Assembly: GCA_964537725.1 (NCBI GenBank)
Contig: CAZICD010000010.1
Location: forward strand, 497-64,496
Length of the DNA stretch: 64,000 nucleotides
From: an uncultured Spirochaetaceae bacterium
GTDB lineage: Bacteria; Spirochaetota; Spirochaetia; DSM-27196; SLST01
Direction of reading: 5' to 3'
Shown: positions 1 through 9,909 of the stretch, one piece after another
How the letters are laid out: each line of letters starts with the position of its first letter
Numbering within the stretch: the stretch's first letter is position 1
The notes under the pieces: model-generated
Databases searched by the model: none
Told to the model about the DNA's origin: nothing
What the model saw: only the letters and a program-made list of their open reading frames with translations
Made by a program: the position numbers and the translations under genes

Positions 1-1
1 T

Positions 2-337
2 GCGCGCGCCCTACTCGCCGCGGCGGAGGCCGGTGCTGTGGAGACCGGTGCGGGCGCGGCCGGCGCGGGGCGCGAAGTGATCGTCACCGGCCCCCACGCG
101 TCTCGATTCGTGGAGGCGATCGCGGGCGCGCCGGCCGGCGGTCGCCAGACCGCGCCGCCGGCGTCGGAGGCGACGCTGGTCGTGGACCCATCGGCGCGCG
201 CGGGCTGGGCGGCGACGCTCCTGCGGCTCGCGGAGGCGAGGCTTGAGACGGTCGGCTACGACGAGATCGATCGTGGTCCGGAGTACGTGCGGGGAAGCGA
301 CGCGGAGATCGCGCGCGCGTCAGACGCAGGGCGGTGA
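2..337 (+). CDS. 3' end of an unidentified protein (partial, runs off window start)
   Basis: Frame open from position 2 to TGA 335-337. Third positions are G/C-rich. No motif I recognise. Converges on csrA. Confidence 0.3.
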   Translation, partial: ARALLAAAEAGAVETGAGAAGAGREVIVTGPHASRFVEAIAGAPAGGRQTAPPASEATLVVDPSARAGWAATLLRLAEARLETVGYDEIDRGPEYVRGSDAEIARASDAGR

Positions 338-347
338 AGCGGCGTCG

Positions 348-608
348 CTACGACGGAGCGTCGGAGGCGGGTTCGTCGCGCCGCTTGAGCGACGGCAGCG
401 GCGTGGAGGCGGTCCGCGCGGCGGCGCTCCTGGCGGCCTCGCGGTTCTCCTCCTGGATCGCCTCGTAGACCTCCTGCCGGTAGACCTTCACGTCGCGCGG
501 TGCCTCGATTCCCAGCTTGATCTGGTCTCCCTTGATGTCGATCACGGAGACCCTGACATCGTCGCCGATGACGATGCTCTCGTTGATACGGCGTGCGAGG
601 ATGAGCAT
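348..608 (-). CDS. csrA: carbon storage regulator CsrA (flagellar type, C-terminal extension)
   Basis: 86 aa. [18 protein letters not shown]...[19 protein letters not shown] is the canonical CsrA core. Start abuts the fliW stop (608/609). Confidence 0.92.
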   Translation of the reverse strand: MLILARRINESIVIGDDVRVSVIDIKGDQIKLGIEAPRDVKVYRQEVYEAIQEENREAARSAAARTASTPLPSLKRRDEPASDAPS

Positions 609-1052
609 CTACCGGCTCCCGGTGCTGGCGAGTTCCTCGAGAATGAGGTGCTTCGTATGCCACCGCGAATCGAGCGAAATCGCCTGGCGTCCGAGCTGCT
701 CAACCCGGTTGATGATCACCGGTCCCTGGAGGTTCGCACTGATCTTCGACTCGTCCTCCGGAATGGTGACGATCGCGAAGACCAGGATGTCCTCGTCGTT
801 CTCGTAGTCGATCGACTCGAGGTCCTCGTCCGGAACCTCGAGAACGTAGTCGGGGCGCAGATCGTACGGGTTGAGCAGGATGAAGGCAATCTCGGGGTCC
901 TCGAGGCTCTGCAACCAGTAGAAGCCCTGTTGCGCGGCGTCGAGCAGCGCGTACTCGTGCAGCCGATCGAACCCGAAGATCCCTACCGGGAAGGTAATGA
1001 CCTGCCGCTCGCTGATTTCGATGGGTCCGTATGCCTTCGACTCGATTCTCAT
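609..1052 (-). CDS. fliW: flagellar assembly factor FliW
   Basis: 147 aa. Contains ITFPVGIFGFD, FYWLQS and NLQGPVIIN segments typical of FliW. Lies between flgL and csrA. Confidence 0.9.
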   Translation of the reverse strand: MRIESKAYGPIEISERQVITFPVGIFGFDRLHEYALLDAAQQGFYWLQSLEDPEIAFILLNPYDLRPDYVLEVPDEDLESIDYENDEDILVFAIVTIPEDESKISANLQGPVIINRVEQLGRQAISLDSRWHTKHLILEELASTGSR

Positions 1053-1054
1053 TC

Positions 1055-2302
1055 CTACCTCAGAAAGTCCAGGAGCGTGGGCTGAATGACGCGAGCGGCC
1101 GCGCCGAGCGCCGCCCGATGCGTGTACTCGAGCATCCGCAGCTCGGTCAGCGTCTCGGTCATGTCCACGTCCACCTCGTTGGAGTACCGCTCGGTGATCT
1201 CCGGGATCGTGTTCTCCGTTCGCTCGAAGGCGAGCGACAACCGCTCGTCGTACGAGCCGAGCGTGCCCAGCCGGCCGAGCACGTTGTCGAGCGCGCCGTC
1301 GATCCCGCCGAGCGCGCGTCCCCCGGTATCGATTGTATCACCCGCGGCGAGCTGATCCCGCAGGTTGATGAGCATATCGAAGGTCGATCCGCCGAAGACC
1401 CGCGCCGAGGAGGCGATATTCTCAGGAGGCGCGTTTCCGCGGCCGCTAAGAATACCCAGGTCGGCGAGCACCTCTCCTCCCTCGCCCTCGTCGAGCCAGA
1501 GCTGGTGCGGGCCGGTCGACTCGATCACGAGCGAGTTCTGGACCGGGTCGAGACGCGCCCGCGCCGGGGCGCCGGAGTCGTTGATCTTCGCGATGATCGC
1601 AGAGACGCCGTCGCCCTCGCGGAGCTGGATCTCCTGCCCGTCGACGTTGATCGTCGAGTCCTGCTGGACGACGTAGCCGGTGGCGTCGACGCTCGAGAAG
1701 ACCTGCTGGTTCTCCGCCCAGAACACCTTGTTGCCGGCGAAGTTGAGCGGGATGTAGCTGCCGTCGGCGATCTCGGTGCGATTCTGGGCGATGGTGCCCA
1801 GGTACTGAACCTGCGTGACCACCGGCTCGTCGAAGCCCTCGACGCGGCCTTCGATCGCGCGGAACGGCTGCGTCTTCGTACGATCGCCTGCGAACAGCGT
1901 CGCGCCGTCGCCGCCCTTCGCGTTCGCCGCCTCCACGAGCTGGTTGAGGAGCTGATTCACTTCCGCGGCCATCGCCTGCGTGTCCGACTGCGTGTACGTG
2001 CCGTGTGCGCCCTGCAGCGCGAGCTCGCGCGCGCGCTGGAGGATGCTCACCGACTCCTGCATGTACGTCTCGCTCTCGCGGTGGCGCAGCTGAGCCATTT
2101 CGATGTTCTCCGAGTAGCGCTCGAGGCGGTACCGGTAGCTGTCGTGACGCGTCGCGTGCGCCGCCGCGGCGGGGTCGTCGCGGAGCTGCTGGATGCGGTT
2201 CTGACTGCCGATCTGGTTCTGCGTGTTCAGAAGTTGCGATTCGCGCCGACGCGCGTAGTACTGCATGTCGTCATTCGGCATGTTCGTGCTGATGCGTTGC
2301 AT
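1055..2302 (-). CDS. flgL: flagellar hook-associated protein 3 FlgL
   Basis: 415 aa. Flagellin-like N-terminus MQRISTNM and C-terminus ...HRAALGAAARVIQPTLLDFLR. Directly downstream of flgK. Confidence 0.85.
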   Translation of the reverse strand: MQRISTNMPNDDMQYYARRRESQLLNTQNQIGSQNRIQQLRDDPAAAAHATRHDSYRYRLERYSENIEMAQLRHRESETYMQESVSILQRARELALQGAHGTYTQSDTQAMAAEVNQLLNQLVEAANAKGGDGATLFAGDRTKTQPFRAIEGRVEGFDEPVVTQVQYLGTIAQNRTEIADGSYIPLNFAGNKVFWAENQQVFSSVDATGYVVQQDSTINVDGQEIQLREGDGVSAIIAKINDSGAPARARLDPVQNSLVIESTGPHQLWLDEGEGGEVLADLGILSGRGNAPPENIASSARVFGGSTFDMLINLRDQLAAGDTIDTGGRALGGIDGALDNVLGRLGTLGSYDERLSLAFERTENTIPEITERYSNEVDVDMTETLTELRMLEYTHRAALGAAARVIQPTLLDFLR

Positions 2303-2305
2303 TCA

Positions 2306-4183
2306 CTACACTCCCATTCGGTTGATGATCGTGTCGAGCATCTTGTCGACTTCGCTGATGAAACGCGCGGCGGCCGAATAGCCGTGCTGGAACTTGATCA
2401 TCTGGGCGATCTCCTCGTCCACGTTGACGCCGCTGATGCTCGCCCGCGTGTCGCGCAGGTCCTTCATGATCGCGTTCTGCGTGGACAGCGAGAGTTCGGC
2501 CTCTTCGCCCTTCAGCGCGACGCCGGCCACGGTGTCCGCGAAGTAGTCGTCGAAGCTCTCGATCTGACCGACCTGCACCGGCTGGTTGCGAATGCCGGCG
2601 ATCTGCAGCGCCGCGCTGCCGTCGCCGGGGTTCCCCGGTCGTCCGGCGGTGCCGGTGCTCGCCGCCACGCGCGCGGGTTCGGCGATGAGGTCCTCGTTCA
2701 CGCCGATCCATCCGGCCGGATGGGCGAGCGGCGCGACCGCGTAGTCGAGCCCGTCGCCGCGCAGCGCGGTGACCGCATCGGCCTGCTGCCAGCCGAAGGC
2801 GTTGTCCGGGCCGGTCCCCTGGAGGATTCCCGCGTATCCGGCGAGGAACTGGCCGGAGTCCTCGAGGTATCGGATGACGAAGTCGGGATCCTCGGTCACA
2901 GCGGCGGGCGTGCCCTTGAGCGTGAGCCGGCCGTCGTTGTCCAGTCGGGCGACGACCTCGCTCGAGGAGAAGTTGATCCGGTTGATCACGTCGCCGACGG
3001 TGTCGGTCGGGTTGTACGCGATCTCCACGATACCGTTCGGCCCGGCGAGCGTCATCGTCCCGCCCAGCCCGATCTGCTGCTGCGGGTCGAGCGAGTTCGT
3101 CCCGCTGATGCGGAAGACGCGCGTCTGGTCGAAGGCGCCGTCGCCGTTTGAGTCGTAGTTGCCGAGCACGTTGTTCACGAAGGGGTACTCGACGAAGAAC
3201 TCGTTATCGGTCGAGCCGTCGAGGCCGTACGCCTCGCGGTGGACCTCGTTCACGAGGTCGACGAAGTTGATCGTCATGTTGTCCAGCGACTGGATCTCGC
3301 CCCGGACGTCCACGTCGCGGAGCTCCACCAGCGCGGCGAGCTTTCCGTCGGAGAAGCGCGCCTGCTCACGGCCTTCGGCCCAGACCACGCGCGAGAATCC
3401 TTCGTTGTCCACGTCGCCCTCGGTGTCGAGCTCGAGCGCGACCGAGCCCTGAACGAGCTGGTAGCCACCGGAGTGGACGTTGTACTCGTCGCGATCGGTC
3501 GTGTCGATCGTGATGTTGATGTACTGCGAGAGCTCCTCGACGCGCTGGTCGCGCTGGTCGAGCCAGTCGTTCGGGTTGTCGCCGGCCGCCTTGACCTTCA
3601 CGATCTCCTCGTTCAGCGCGGCTATCTCGCCGGTGAGCTGGTTGATCTCCTCCACGGCGATCTGGACCTCGTCCTCGAGCATCGACCTGATCTGCTCGAG
3701 GTTCTGATAGCGGTTCTGGATCGATTCGACGAGCGCCTGCCCGCGCGAGAGGACGTTCTGCCGCGCGGCGATCTGCTCCGGAAATGCGCTGAGCTCCTGC
3801 CAGCCGTCCCAGAACCGGTCCATGAGCGTACGCACCGACACGTCGGTGGGTTCGTTGTAGACCTGCTCGAGCATGCGCACGTACTTGTCCCTGCTCTCCC
3901 AGTACCCTTCGCCGCTCGCCTGGCTCACGATCCGTCCCTCGAGCAGCGTGTCGCGGATGCGCTCCACGCGCGCGATGTCCACGCCCTGCCCTATCTGGCC
4001 GGGAGTCTCGGCGCGGTTGAGCTGCGGTCGGTAGAGCGGGTCGGTGGGCGAGAACTCCACCCGCTGGCGACTGTAGCCGTCCACCGAGGCGTTGGAGAGG
4101 TTGTGTCCGACGGTCTGCAGCCCGCGATTCTGCGCGAAGAGGCTTCGCTTGCCGAGCTCGATGCCGGAAAACGTCGATTGCAT
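2306..4183 (-). CDS. flgK: flagellar hook-associated protein 1 FlgK
   Basis: 625 aa. N-terminus MQSTFSGIELGKRSLFAQ..GHNLSNASVDGYSRQRV. C-terminus MIKFQHGYSAAARFISEVDKMLDTIINRMG. Confidence 0.9.
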   Translation of the reverse strand: MQSTFSGIELGKRSLFAQNRGLQTVGHNLSNASVDGYSRQRVEFSPTDPLYRPQLNRAETPGQIGQGVDIARVERIRDTLLEGRIVSQASGEGYWESRDKYVRMLEQVYNEPTDVSVRTLMDRFWDGWQELSAFPEQIAARQNVLSRGQALVESIQNRYQNLEQIRSMLEDEVQIAVEEINQLTGEIAALNEEIVKVKAAGDNPNDWLDQRDQRVEELSQYINITIDTTDRDEYNVHSGGYQLVQGSVALELDTEGDVDNEGFSRVVWAEGREQARFSDGKLAALVELRDVDVRGEIQSLDNMTINFVDLVNEVHREAYGLDGSTDNEFFVEYPFVNNVLGNYDSNGDGAFDQTRVFRISGTNSLDPQQQIGLGGTMTLAGPNGIVEIAYNPTDTVGDVINRINFSSSEVVARLDNDGRLTLKGTPAAVTEDPDFVIRYLEDSGQFLAGYAGILQGTGPDNAFGWQQADAVTALRGDGLDYAVAPLAHPAGWIGVNEDLIAEPARVAASTGTAGRPGNPGDGSAALQIAGIRNQPVQVGQIESFDDYFADTVAGVALKGEEAELSLSTQNAIMKDLRDTRASISGVNVDEEIAQMIKFQHGYSAAARFISEVDKMLDTIINRMGV

Positions 4184-4192
4184 ACTCAGCTC

Positions 4193-4699
4193 CTACAAAT
4201 GGCGATCCACGACGAACGCCCGTCCGTCCGCGGGCGAGCGTCGTCCGTGCCGCGAGTAGATCGTGCCCTTCTGGTCGGGAAAGAGCGTCCCGAGCATCTC
4301 GTTCGTCGTGCGGAGGTTGCCGCGCACGTACGAATCGATTCCCCGGGTCACGCTCTTCACGCGAAGGACGGAGACCTGCAGCGAGCGGAAGAGCGAGGTG
4401 AGCTCGTGACGGTCTTCCGCCGGAATCCGCTGCACGTACTCGGAGAACGACGCCTCCTCGGACAGCCCGACCTCCGCCTTCGCCTCGAGGAAGAGCGCGT
4501 GCCGTCGGGCGTCGAGCGCGGCGAGCTCACGGCTCAGGCGCTCCATCCGCGGAACAAGCGCGTCCATCGTCGGCCAGTCGCGGTCGAGAACGGCCTGCTG
4601 CAGCTCGTGCTCGCGCTGCCCGAACTCGAGCATGAGCTCGGCCTGGCGCGCCAGCGACTCCTTGATGTGCGCGATCCTGCTGTTCGTATCACTCGTCAT
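4193..4699 (-). CDS. FlgN-like flagellar chaperone (putative)
   Basis: Helical, coiled-coil-like protein immediately upstream of flgK. ATG at 4699 has a GAGAAGG Shine-Dalgarno (SD) sequence. The ORF also extends to a GTG at 4753. The call rests on position and composition only. Confidence 0.45.
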   Translation of the reverse strand: MTSDTNSRIAHIKESLARQAELMLEFGQREHELQQAVLDRDWPTMDALVPRMERLSRELAALDARRHALFLEAKAEVGLSEEASFSEYVQRIPAEDRHELTSLFRSLQVSVLRVKSVTRGIDSYVRGNLRTTNEMLGTLFPDQKGTIYSRHGRRSPADGRAFVVDRHL

Positions 4700-4771
4700 G
4701 CGTACCTTCTCGCTTTGATTGTCGGTCGATCGGATTGCGTTGATGAGCGGCACTTACTATCCTGATGGTGC

Positions 4772-4800
4772 TTGACGCGCCCGGCGCTCATCGGTATCTA
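4772..4800 (+). promoter_or_regulatory. putative sigma-70 promoter for trxB
   Basis: TTGACG (4772-4777), 17 nt, TATCTA (4795-4800). Lies in a locally AT-rich stretch. Confidence 0.45.
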
Positions 4801-4823
4801 TATATAAACTTCTCTATATTCAA
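4795..4823 (-). promoter_or_regulatory. putative sigma-70 promoter for the flgN-like/flgK/flgL/fliW/csrA operon
   Basis: Minus strand reads TTGAAT (4823-4818), 17 nt, TAGATA (4800-4795). The -10 occupies the same 6 bp as the trxB -10. Confidence 0.3.
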
Positions 4824-4832
4824 GGTGTGAGA

Positions 4833-5798
4833 ATGGAAGCAAAGTACGATATCATCATCGTCGGCGCCGGGGCCGCGGGGCTCACCGCGGCGCAGTACGG
4901 CGCGCGGGCAAACCTGAAGACGCTCGTCATCGAGCAGACCGCCAACGGCGGACAGTGCCTCCTCATCGAGGGCCTCGAGAACTACCCGGGGTTCCCGGAG
5001 CCGCTCGACGGCTACGAGTTCACCGAGCGATTCGAGCGACAGGCGAAGCGCTTCGGAGCCGAATTCGAGACCGCGACCGTCACCCGGATCGACAAGGAGG
5101 GCGAGGAGTTCGTGCTCCAGACCTCCGAGGGCGAGGTACGCGGCGCCGCGGTGATCCTCGCCACCGGTGCGCAGCACCGCCATCTCGGCGTACCCGGCGA
5201 GAAGGAGCTGGGCGGACGCGGCGTCTCCTACTGCGCGACGTGCGACGGGCCCTTTTTCCGGAACCGCCGCATGCTCGTCGTCGGCGGAGGCGACGCGGCG
5301 TGCGACGAGGCGAACTTCCTCTCCAAGCTCTCGGACAAGATCACGCTCGTGCACCGTCGCGACCGGTTCCGCGCGCAGCCGGCCGTCGCGCAGCGGGTGC
5401 TCGACAACGAGAACATCACGGTGCGCTTCAACACCGTGGTGAAGGAGATTCACGCGGTGAAGAACGCGATGGGCATCGAGCAGGTGGGCGCGGTCACCCT
5501 CGAGGACGTGCGCACCGGCGAGCAGCAGCGGTTCGAAACCGACGCGGTCTTCGTATTCGTCGGCTCGATCCCGCAGACCGATCTCGTGCCCACCCTGCCG
5601 AAGGACGAGGCAGGCTACATCGTCACCGACCAGCGCATGGAGACGGAGGTCCCCGGGCTGTTCGCCGTGGGCGACGTTCGCGCGACTCCGTTCCGACAGC
5701 TCGTCGTGGCCGCCGGCGAGGGCGCGGTTGCCGCGCACGCCGCCGCGCACCACATAGAAGCGCTCGAGGGGAACGTTTACCAACAGGTGCACGCCTGA
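4833..5798 (+). CDS. trxB: thioredoxin-disulfide reductase
   Basis: N-terminal FAD motif IIIVGAGAAG and redox motif CATCDGPFF. AAGG SD lies 7 nt before ATG 4833. The ORF is open from GTG 4827. Confidence 0.9.
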   Translation: MEAKYDIIIVGAGAAGLTAAQYGARANLKTLVIEQTANGGQCLLIEGLENYPGFPEPLDGYEFTERFERQAKRFGAEFETATVTRIDKEGEEFVLQTSEGEVRGAAVILATGAQHRHLGVPGEKELGGRGVSYCATCDGPFFRNRRMLVVGGGDAACDEANFLSKLSDKITLVHRRDRFRAQPAVAQRVLDNENITVRFNTVVKEIHAVKNAMGIEQVGAVTLEDVRTGEQQRFETDAVFVFVGSIPQTDLVPTLPKDEAGYIVTDQRMETEVPGLFAVGDVRATPFRQLVVAAGEGAVAAHAAAHHIEALEGNVYQQVHA

Positions 5799-5811
5799 TA
5801 TTCTCCTACGC

Positions 5812-7536
5812 GTGAGGGTCCGCAGGCTCCGCGTACGAACCGAGCTCCTCGTCTTCCTGACCATCGTGCTCGCCGCCGGCGCTGCCGCGCCGGCGCACGC
5901 GCTCTCGTTCTGGGACGACGTGCCGGACGAGGTGCTGCGCGAGCGGCTGATCGAAGCCATGACCCCGGAGGAGATCATCGCGCAGACGCTCATGATCGGG
6001 TGGCTCGGGGAGGATCCGAGCCCCGAAGTGCTCGAGTGGCTGCGCGGCCCCAACCTGGGCGGGGTGAAGGTCTTCGGCTGGAACGGCGGCAACCTCGTGC
6101 GCCTCGCCCGCGCGATCGGTACGATGCAGGGACTCGCCGCGGAGCACCGTCTGGAGATCCCGCTGTTGACCGCCACCGACCAGGAGGGCGGCTGGGTGAG
6201 GCACGTCAAGGGTGGCGGCGACCTCACGACCATGGTGACGCCGGGAAACATGGCGATCGGCGCCTCCGACCTGCCGTACGACGCGTATCGCAGCGGCTAC
6301 TACATTGGCATGGAGCTTCGCGCCCTCGGCATCAACATGAACTTCGCGCCGACCGTGGACGTCTACATCAACCCGGAGGCGCACGTGATCGGGCCGCGCG
6401 CGTTTTCGAACGACCCGGTCCAGAGCGGTGTCCTCGGTACCGCGTTCTACCACGGACTCGAAGAAGCGCGGGTGGTCGCCACCGCCAAGCACTTCCCCGG
6501 GCACGGCAACGCGTCGGAGGACTCCCACGGCATCCTGCCGATCATCGACGACTCGTTCGAAGAGCTCTCGGCGCGCGACCTGGTCCCCTTCCGCTTCCTC
6601 ATCGCCGAGGGAGTCCCGGCGATCCTCTCGGGCCATCTCAATTTCCCGCTGGTCACCGGCGACGGCCGCCCCGCCTCGCTCTCGTACGACTTCAAACAGC
6701 GCATACTGCGCGAAGAGCTCGGCTTCACCGGCCTGATCATCACCGACGACCTCTACATGGGCGGCGCCTGGGAGTACGGCGCCGACCACGACTGGGGGAT
6801 CGACGAGATCACCACCGAAGCGCTTCGCGTGGGCAACGACATGGTCATGCTCTCCACGACACCGCCGTACGGTGGCTCGCTCTGGGAGCGCCTGCTCGAG
6901 GAGTGGGAGTCGGACGCGGGTTTCCGTCGGCAGGTGCGCGACGCCGCCGCGCGCGTCATCGACCTCAAACTCGAATACATCAAACCGGACGACCGCGTCC
7001 CGCTCGCCCCGGACACCGGCTCGCTCGCCGACCTCATGCGCCCCGACGAAGGCGCGCAGTTCTTCCGCGACCAGGCGGCTCGCAGCGTGAGCGTCATCCG
7101 CGGCGAACGGATCCCGCTGGAGACCGCGCAGGACGAACGGATCCTGCTCGCCGGGAAGGACCGGGATTTCCTGCGCATCGGGCAGGAGCTGATTCCCGGG
7201 GCCGATACGCTACGGATCGAGTCGACCGCGTTCGCTACCGCGAGCGCGGCCGACCGTCGACGCTTCCGCGACGCGGCCGCCGGCTACGACACGGTCATCT
7301 TCTGCCTCTCGGATCCCAACACTGCGGGCGTGCTCGCCGAGGCCCGCGACCTCGATGTCGATCTGACCGTCTTCTCGATCCTCACGCCGGTCTATCTCCG
7401 CGACGCGCCCTGGGTGGACTCCGCGATCGCCGTCTACGGATGGGGCGAGGAGTCGTTTCGCGCCGGGTACTCGGTGCTGCTCGGTCGGATCGCACCGGAG
7501 GGCTCGGCGCCGGTCACGCTCGACGGAGCCAGATAG
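5812..7536 (+). CDS. secreted glycoside hydrolase family 3 (beta-N-acetylhexosaminidase-like)
   Basis: Signal peptide LLVFLTIVLAAGAAAPAHA. GH3 segments DQEGG..V and KHFPGHG. GTG start. Confidence 0.75.
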   Translation: MRVRRLRVRTELLVFLTIVLAAGAAAPAHALSFWDDVPDEVLRERLIEAMTPEEIIAQTLMIGWLGEDPSPEVLEWLRGPNLGGVKVFGWNGGNLVRLARAIGTMQGLAAEHRLEIPLLTATDQEGGWVRHVKGGGDLTTMVTPGNMAIGASDLPYDAYRSGYYIGMELRALGINMNFAPTVDVYINPEAHVIGPRAFSNDPVQSGVLGTAFYHGLEEARVVATAKHFPGHGNASEDSHGILPIIDDSFEELSARDLVPFRFLIAEGVPAILSGHLNFPLVTGDGRPASLSYDFKQRILREELGFTGLIITDDLYMGGAWEYGADHDWGIDEITTEALRVGNDMVMLSTTPPYGGSLWERLLEEWESDAGFRRQVRDAAARVIDLKLEYIKPDDRVPLAPDTGSLADLMRPDEGAQFFRDQAARSVSVIRGERIPLETAQDERILLAGKDRDFLRIGQELIPGADTLRIESTAFATASAADRRRFRDAAAGYDTVIFCLSDPNTAGVLAEARDLDVDLTVFSILTPVYLRDAPWVDSAIAVYGWGEESFRAGYSVLLGRIAPEGSAPVTLDGAR

Positions 7537-7539
7537 CCC

Positions 7540-8394
7540 ATGGCGTGGGTGCGGGTCAACGATGAGCTTCTCGAGCCGCTGATGCGGTTCCTCGGGCCGC
7601 TGGAGGCCGGCTGCGTGTCGTTCACCGAGAAGCTGGTTCACCGGCGGCGGCTGGAGCTGCCCCCGGGTCGGGAGTACACGCTCATCGCGCGGCTCGAGCG
7701 CGGCGAGCGCGTGACGGGCGCGATTCTGCAGAGCCAGAGCGGGCTCTACTACCCAGTCCTGGACCCCGTTTCCCCCGTCGTCGAGGCGGACGCGATCCGC
7801 CGGCTCTCGCGGAGCACCCGCCGGATCTACTCGATCATGGGTCGATCCGACGACGTTCGCGCGCTCGAGGACGCCTTCCGCCGGCCGCCGCTTCAGTACC
7901 TCGAGTACCATCTGATGGCCCAGGCGGACCCGCCGCCGGAGCTGCCCCTGCCCCGCGTGCCGCGCGAGCTGCGCATCCGCGAGGCCTCCGAGCGCGACGC
8001 GCGTAGCTTGTTTGACATCCAGAAGAAATATGAGATAGAAGAAGTGCTGTTGCCCGGGAACACGTTCAGCCCGACGGCGGCGATGCATCACCTCAAGCAA
8101 ACGCTTCGCGACCAGGTGGTGCTCGTGGCCGAGCTCGACGGGATGCCGGTGGGCAAGGCGAACACGAACGCGCGGGGCGTCTTCTTCGACCAGATCGGCG
8201 GGGTGTTCACCGAGCGGGCGCTGCGTTCGCGCGGTATCGCGACGGCGTTGATGCTCCGGCTGCTCGAGCGGCTCGCGTCCGACTCGAAGAACGCGTCGCT
8301 GTTCGTGAAGAAAGACAACGCGCCGGCGCTGCGAATGTACCGCAACATAGGTTTCGCGGTTGAAGATGAGTTCCGGATATCGTATTACAGGTAG
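7540..8394 (+). CDS. GNAT family N-acetyltransferase
   Basis: C-terminal half has an acetyl-CoA binding pattern: RSRGIATALMLRLLE followed by NAPALRMYRNIGF. Confidence 0.7.
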   Translation: MAWVRVNDELLEPLMRFLGPLEAGCVSFTEKLVHRRRLELPPGREYTLIARLERGERVTGAILQSQSGLYYPVLDPVSPVVEADAIRRLSRSTRRIYSIMGRSDDVRALEDAFRRPPLQYLEYHLMAQADPPPELPLPRVPRELRIREASERDARSLFDIQKKYEIEEVLLPGNTFSPTAAMHHLKQTLRDQVVLVAELDGMPVGKANTNARGVFFDQIGGVFTERALRSRGIATALMLRLLERLASDSKNASLFVKKDNAPALRMYRNIGFAVEDEFRISYYR

Positions 8395-8397
8395 CGT

Positions 8398-9909
8398 ATG
8401 CTGAGACGGAAACGCAGGAAGAACCATTCGATCCTCATGGTCACCCCGGAGGCGGTCCCCTACGCCAAGGCCGGCGGGCTCGCCGACGCGGTGTCGGCGC
8501 TCGCTCAGGAGCTCGATCGAGCGGGACACGACGTCCGTATCCTGATGCCCCGGTACCACGGGATCAAACGCGAGCGCCTCTATCGCTACCCCACCCCCTT
8601 CTCCGTACGCGTAGGCGAGGACATCTTCACCACCGCGGTCTACGAGGGGCGTCTCGGCGATTCGTCGGTCGTGGTCTACTTCATCGACCACGAGGAGCTC
8701 TACGCGCGCGAGGGCATCTACGGCACGAGCGCCGGAGGCTACGCCGACAACCTCAGACGCTTCAGCCTCCTCAGCCACGCCGCGTTCGCGATCGGGCCCT
8801 ACATAGGCTGGGAGCCGGAGGTCGTGCACGCGCACGACTGGCCTACCGCGCTCGTACCGGTGATCGCTCGGCGGCGCGGCGCGATGGGCGCCTCGCGCCC
8901 GGCCTCGGTGCTCACGATCCACAACGTCGGCTATCAGGGTGCCTTCGCCGTGGGCGACCTGCCGGAGAGCGGCCTCAGCTGGGTCGATCTCTCGGAGAGC
9001 GCGCTGCTGCACTACGACTCGCTGAACCTGCTCAAGGCGGGTGTCGTCAACGCCGACATGGTCACGACGGTCTCCCCGCGCTACGCGGAGGAGATCCGGA
9101 CTCCGCGGCGCGGTTTCTCGCTCGACAAGGTCCTCGCCGACCGCGGCGATACGCTGGTGGGCATCCTCAACGGCGTCGACTACGACGTCTGGAACCCGGA
9201 GAAGGACCCCTACCTCGACGTGAAGTATACGGCTGAGACGGTCGCGTTGAAGGAGCGCTCGAAGCAGGCGCTCCAACAGGAGTTCGGGCTGCCGGTCACC
9301 AACGACAAGCCGCTGATCGGCATGGTCTCGCGCCTCGTCGACCAGAAGGGGTTCGAAGAGCTCGCCAGCCCGGGATTCGGGGCGCTGCCGGATATCCTCG
9401 AGGAGAACGACGCGCAGCTCGCCATTCTCGGAAGCGGCGAGGAACGCTACGAGTACTACCTGCGCTCGCTCGCGCACCGCTACCGAAACCTCTCGGTGGT
9501 AATCGGGTTCGACGAGCGGCTCGCGCACCTCATCGAGGCCGCGAGCGACTTCTTCCTGATGCCGTCGCGCTACGAGCCGTGCGGTCTCAACCAGCTCTAC
9601 TCGCTGCGCTACGGGTCGCTTCCCATCGTCACCACCACCGGCGGTCTCGTCGATACGGTCGAGCCGGCGTCGCCGAAGGGCGGCACCGGGTTCTTCATCG
9701 ACGAGGCGTGTCCGACGAACATCGCCGCGACGGTCCGCGACGCGGTGTCCATGTGGCACAACGAGCGAACCCGGATCGACGCGATGCGCCGCGCCGCGAT
9801 GCGGCTCCGGTTCGGCTGGGAGAAGGCCGCCACCGAGTACCTCAGCGTCTACGAACGCGCCCGCTCGATCGCGGAGGCCGATCAGCCCGAACGCCCCGCC
9901 GCGCCGTAA
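8398..9909 (+). CDS. glgA: glycogen synthase
   Basis: 503 aa. N-terminal ILMVTPEAVPYAKAGGLADAV (KxGGL motif). C-terminal PSRYEPCGLNQLYSLRYG. Confidence 0.9.
   Translation: MLRRKRRKNHSILMVTPEAVPYAKAGGLADAVSALAQELDRAGHDVRILMPRYHGIKRERLYRYPTPFSVRVGEDIFTTAVYEGRLGDSSVVVYFIDHEELYAREGIYGTSAGGYADNLRRFSLLSHAAFAIGPYIGWEPEVVHAHDWPTALVPVIARRRGAMGASRPASVLTIHNVGYQGAFAVGDLPESGLSWVDLSESALLHYDSLNLLKAGVVNADMVTTVSPRYAEEIRTPRRGFSLDKVLADRGDTLVGILNGVDYDVWNPEKDPYLDVKYTAETVALKERSKQALQQEFGLPVTNDKPLIGMVSRLVDQKGFEELASPGFGALPDILEENDAQLAILGSGEERYEYYLRSLAHRYRNLSVVIGFDERLAHLIEAASDFFLMPSRYEPCGLNQLYSLRYGSLPIVTTTGGLVDTVEPASPKGGTGFFIDEACPTNIAATVRDAVSMWHNERTRIDAMRRAAMRLRFGWEKAATEYLSVYERARSIAEADQPERPAAP

Noticed and set aside
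4788-4812. Sigma-28 promoter for the flgN/flgK/flgL/fliW/csrA operon (ACCGATGA with upstream GAAGTTT)
   Set aside because: The -10-like box matches only 6/8. The -35-like box is 2-3 nt too close (8 nt instead of 11 after TAAAGTTT; no TAAA at N15).
8012-8040. Perfect TTGACA followed 17 nt later by ATAGAA in an AT-richer patch inside the GNAT gene
   Set aside because: The -10 is poor. The patch encodes a plausible conserved peptide (FDIQKKYEIEEV) and no downstream ORF needs a promoter there. It is most likely a coding constraint.
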